From the NCBI GenBank assembly GCA_008369845.1, contig MRSU01003427.1:1-41194 (forward strand): a DNA stretch of 41,194 nucleotides, read 5' to 3'. Shown here piece after piece: positions 40,680-41,194 of this stretch. A model generated the notes under the pieces. The model was not told the DNA's origin, did no database searches, and worked only from the letters and a program-made list of their open reading frames with translations. Each line of letters starts with the position of its first letter. Position 1 is the stretch's first letter. This stretch comes from Trichomonas gallinae. Taxonomy: Eukaryota. Position numbers and translations under genes: made by a program.

Positions 40680-41194
40680 ATGTCTGAGTCAAGCGGAAAA
40701 ACATGGGTACCACTCGCAAAGCGTGAGAAGCTCTCTATATTCAGAATCCTCGGAATATGCGCATCTCTTTTTGGATTCCAAACTGTTTTCACTGTCGTTT
40801 TTGGTCTTTTGTCACCAATCATGGACTCAATCGGAATCCCGCAGACAGCAAGATCTTGGATTTACCTCATTGGCCCACTCGCAGGTTTTGTCTGCCAGCC
40901 ACTTGTTGGCTTCTACTCTGATGGTCTCCACGCAAAGATGGGACGCAGAAGACCATTCATCATCGCTGGTGCAGTCGGTTCGATTGTTGGTTTCATCTTC
41001 CTCTACTTCTGCAGAGACATCGGAAAAGCAATCTCAAAGACAAATCCAAAGCCAGGACAGATTTTCTTCCTCATACTTGCTCTCATATTGGACTTCTGCT
41101 CAGTCAACATCCTCCAGGCACCATCGAGGACAATCATCGGTGACTTAGTCCCAAAGAACCAGCAAGTTCTCGCAAACTCAATCGCAACAGTTAT
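40680..41194 (+). CDS. MFS transporter, sucrose-transporter/GPH (SUT/SLC45-like) family; 3'-truncated by the window end
   Basis: Manual translation from ATG 40680 stays open to the end: MSESSGKTWVPLAKREKLSIFRILGICASLFGFQTVFTVVFGLLSP...WIYLIGPLAGFVCQPLVGFYSDGLHAKMGRRRPFIIAG...LDFCSVNILQAPSRTIIGDLVP. QP.VG..SD, GRRRPF and N..Q.P.R....D are family motifs. Confidence 0.93.
   Translation, partial: MSESSGKTWVPLAKREKLSIFRILGICASLFGFQTVFTVVFGLLSPIMDSIGIPQTARSWIYLIGPLAGFVCQPLVGFYSDGLHAKMGRRRPFIIAGAVGSIVGFIFLYFCRDIGKAISKTNPKPGQIFFLILALILDFCSVNILQAPSRTIIGDLVPKNQQVLANSIATV

Noticed and set aside
40723..41148. 141-aa Ser-rich ORF in the track
   Set aside because: Out-of-frame shadow of the MFS transporter that starts at 40680.

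Overview
AT-rich, intron-less eukaryotic DNA that looks like Trichomonas vaginalis or a close parabasalid. This is inferred from gene content, TCAYT initiator elements a few bases upstream of ATGs, and TAAA signals overlapping stop codons. Thirteen protein-coding genes are supported. In order: a long coiled-coil protein (-), an RNI-like LRR/coiled-coil protein (+), a ~2990-aa HECT E3 ligase (+), a small coiled-coil protein (-), a PX-domain protein (+), a transmembrane class III nucleotide cyclase (-), a NEDD1-like WD40 protein (+), an Arf/Arl1-like GTPase (+), a coiled-coil protein with an internal duplication (-), a small 3-TM protein (+), a non-catalytic queuine tRNA-ribosyltransferase subunit (+), an R2R3 Myb protein (-), and the 5' part of a sucrose-transporter-like MFS gene that runs off the window and is absent from the ORF track (+). 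Two decayed pseudogenes lie in apparent intergenic DNA (7.2-8.1 kb; 39.2-39.85 kb, macrodomain/PARG-like). I see no rRNA, tRNA, CRISPR array or intact mobile element. The most unusual unexplained structure is a ~190-bp array of palindromic GC-rich motifs (AGGGT-AG-ACCCT and AGGGG-N14-CCCCT, ~66-70 bp period) filling the divergent promoter at 33.3-33.5 kb. Next is a recurrent non-coding motif, TTAC(A/G)TGTCA, seen six times in the first 9 kb. I cannot demonstrate a new multi-gene system from the sequence alone.
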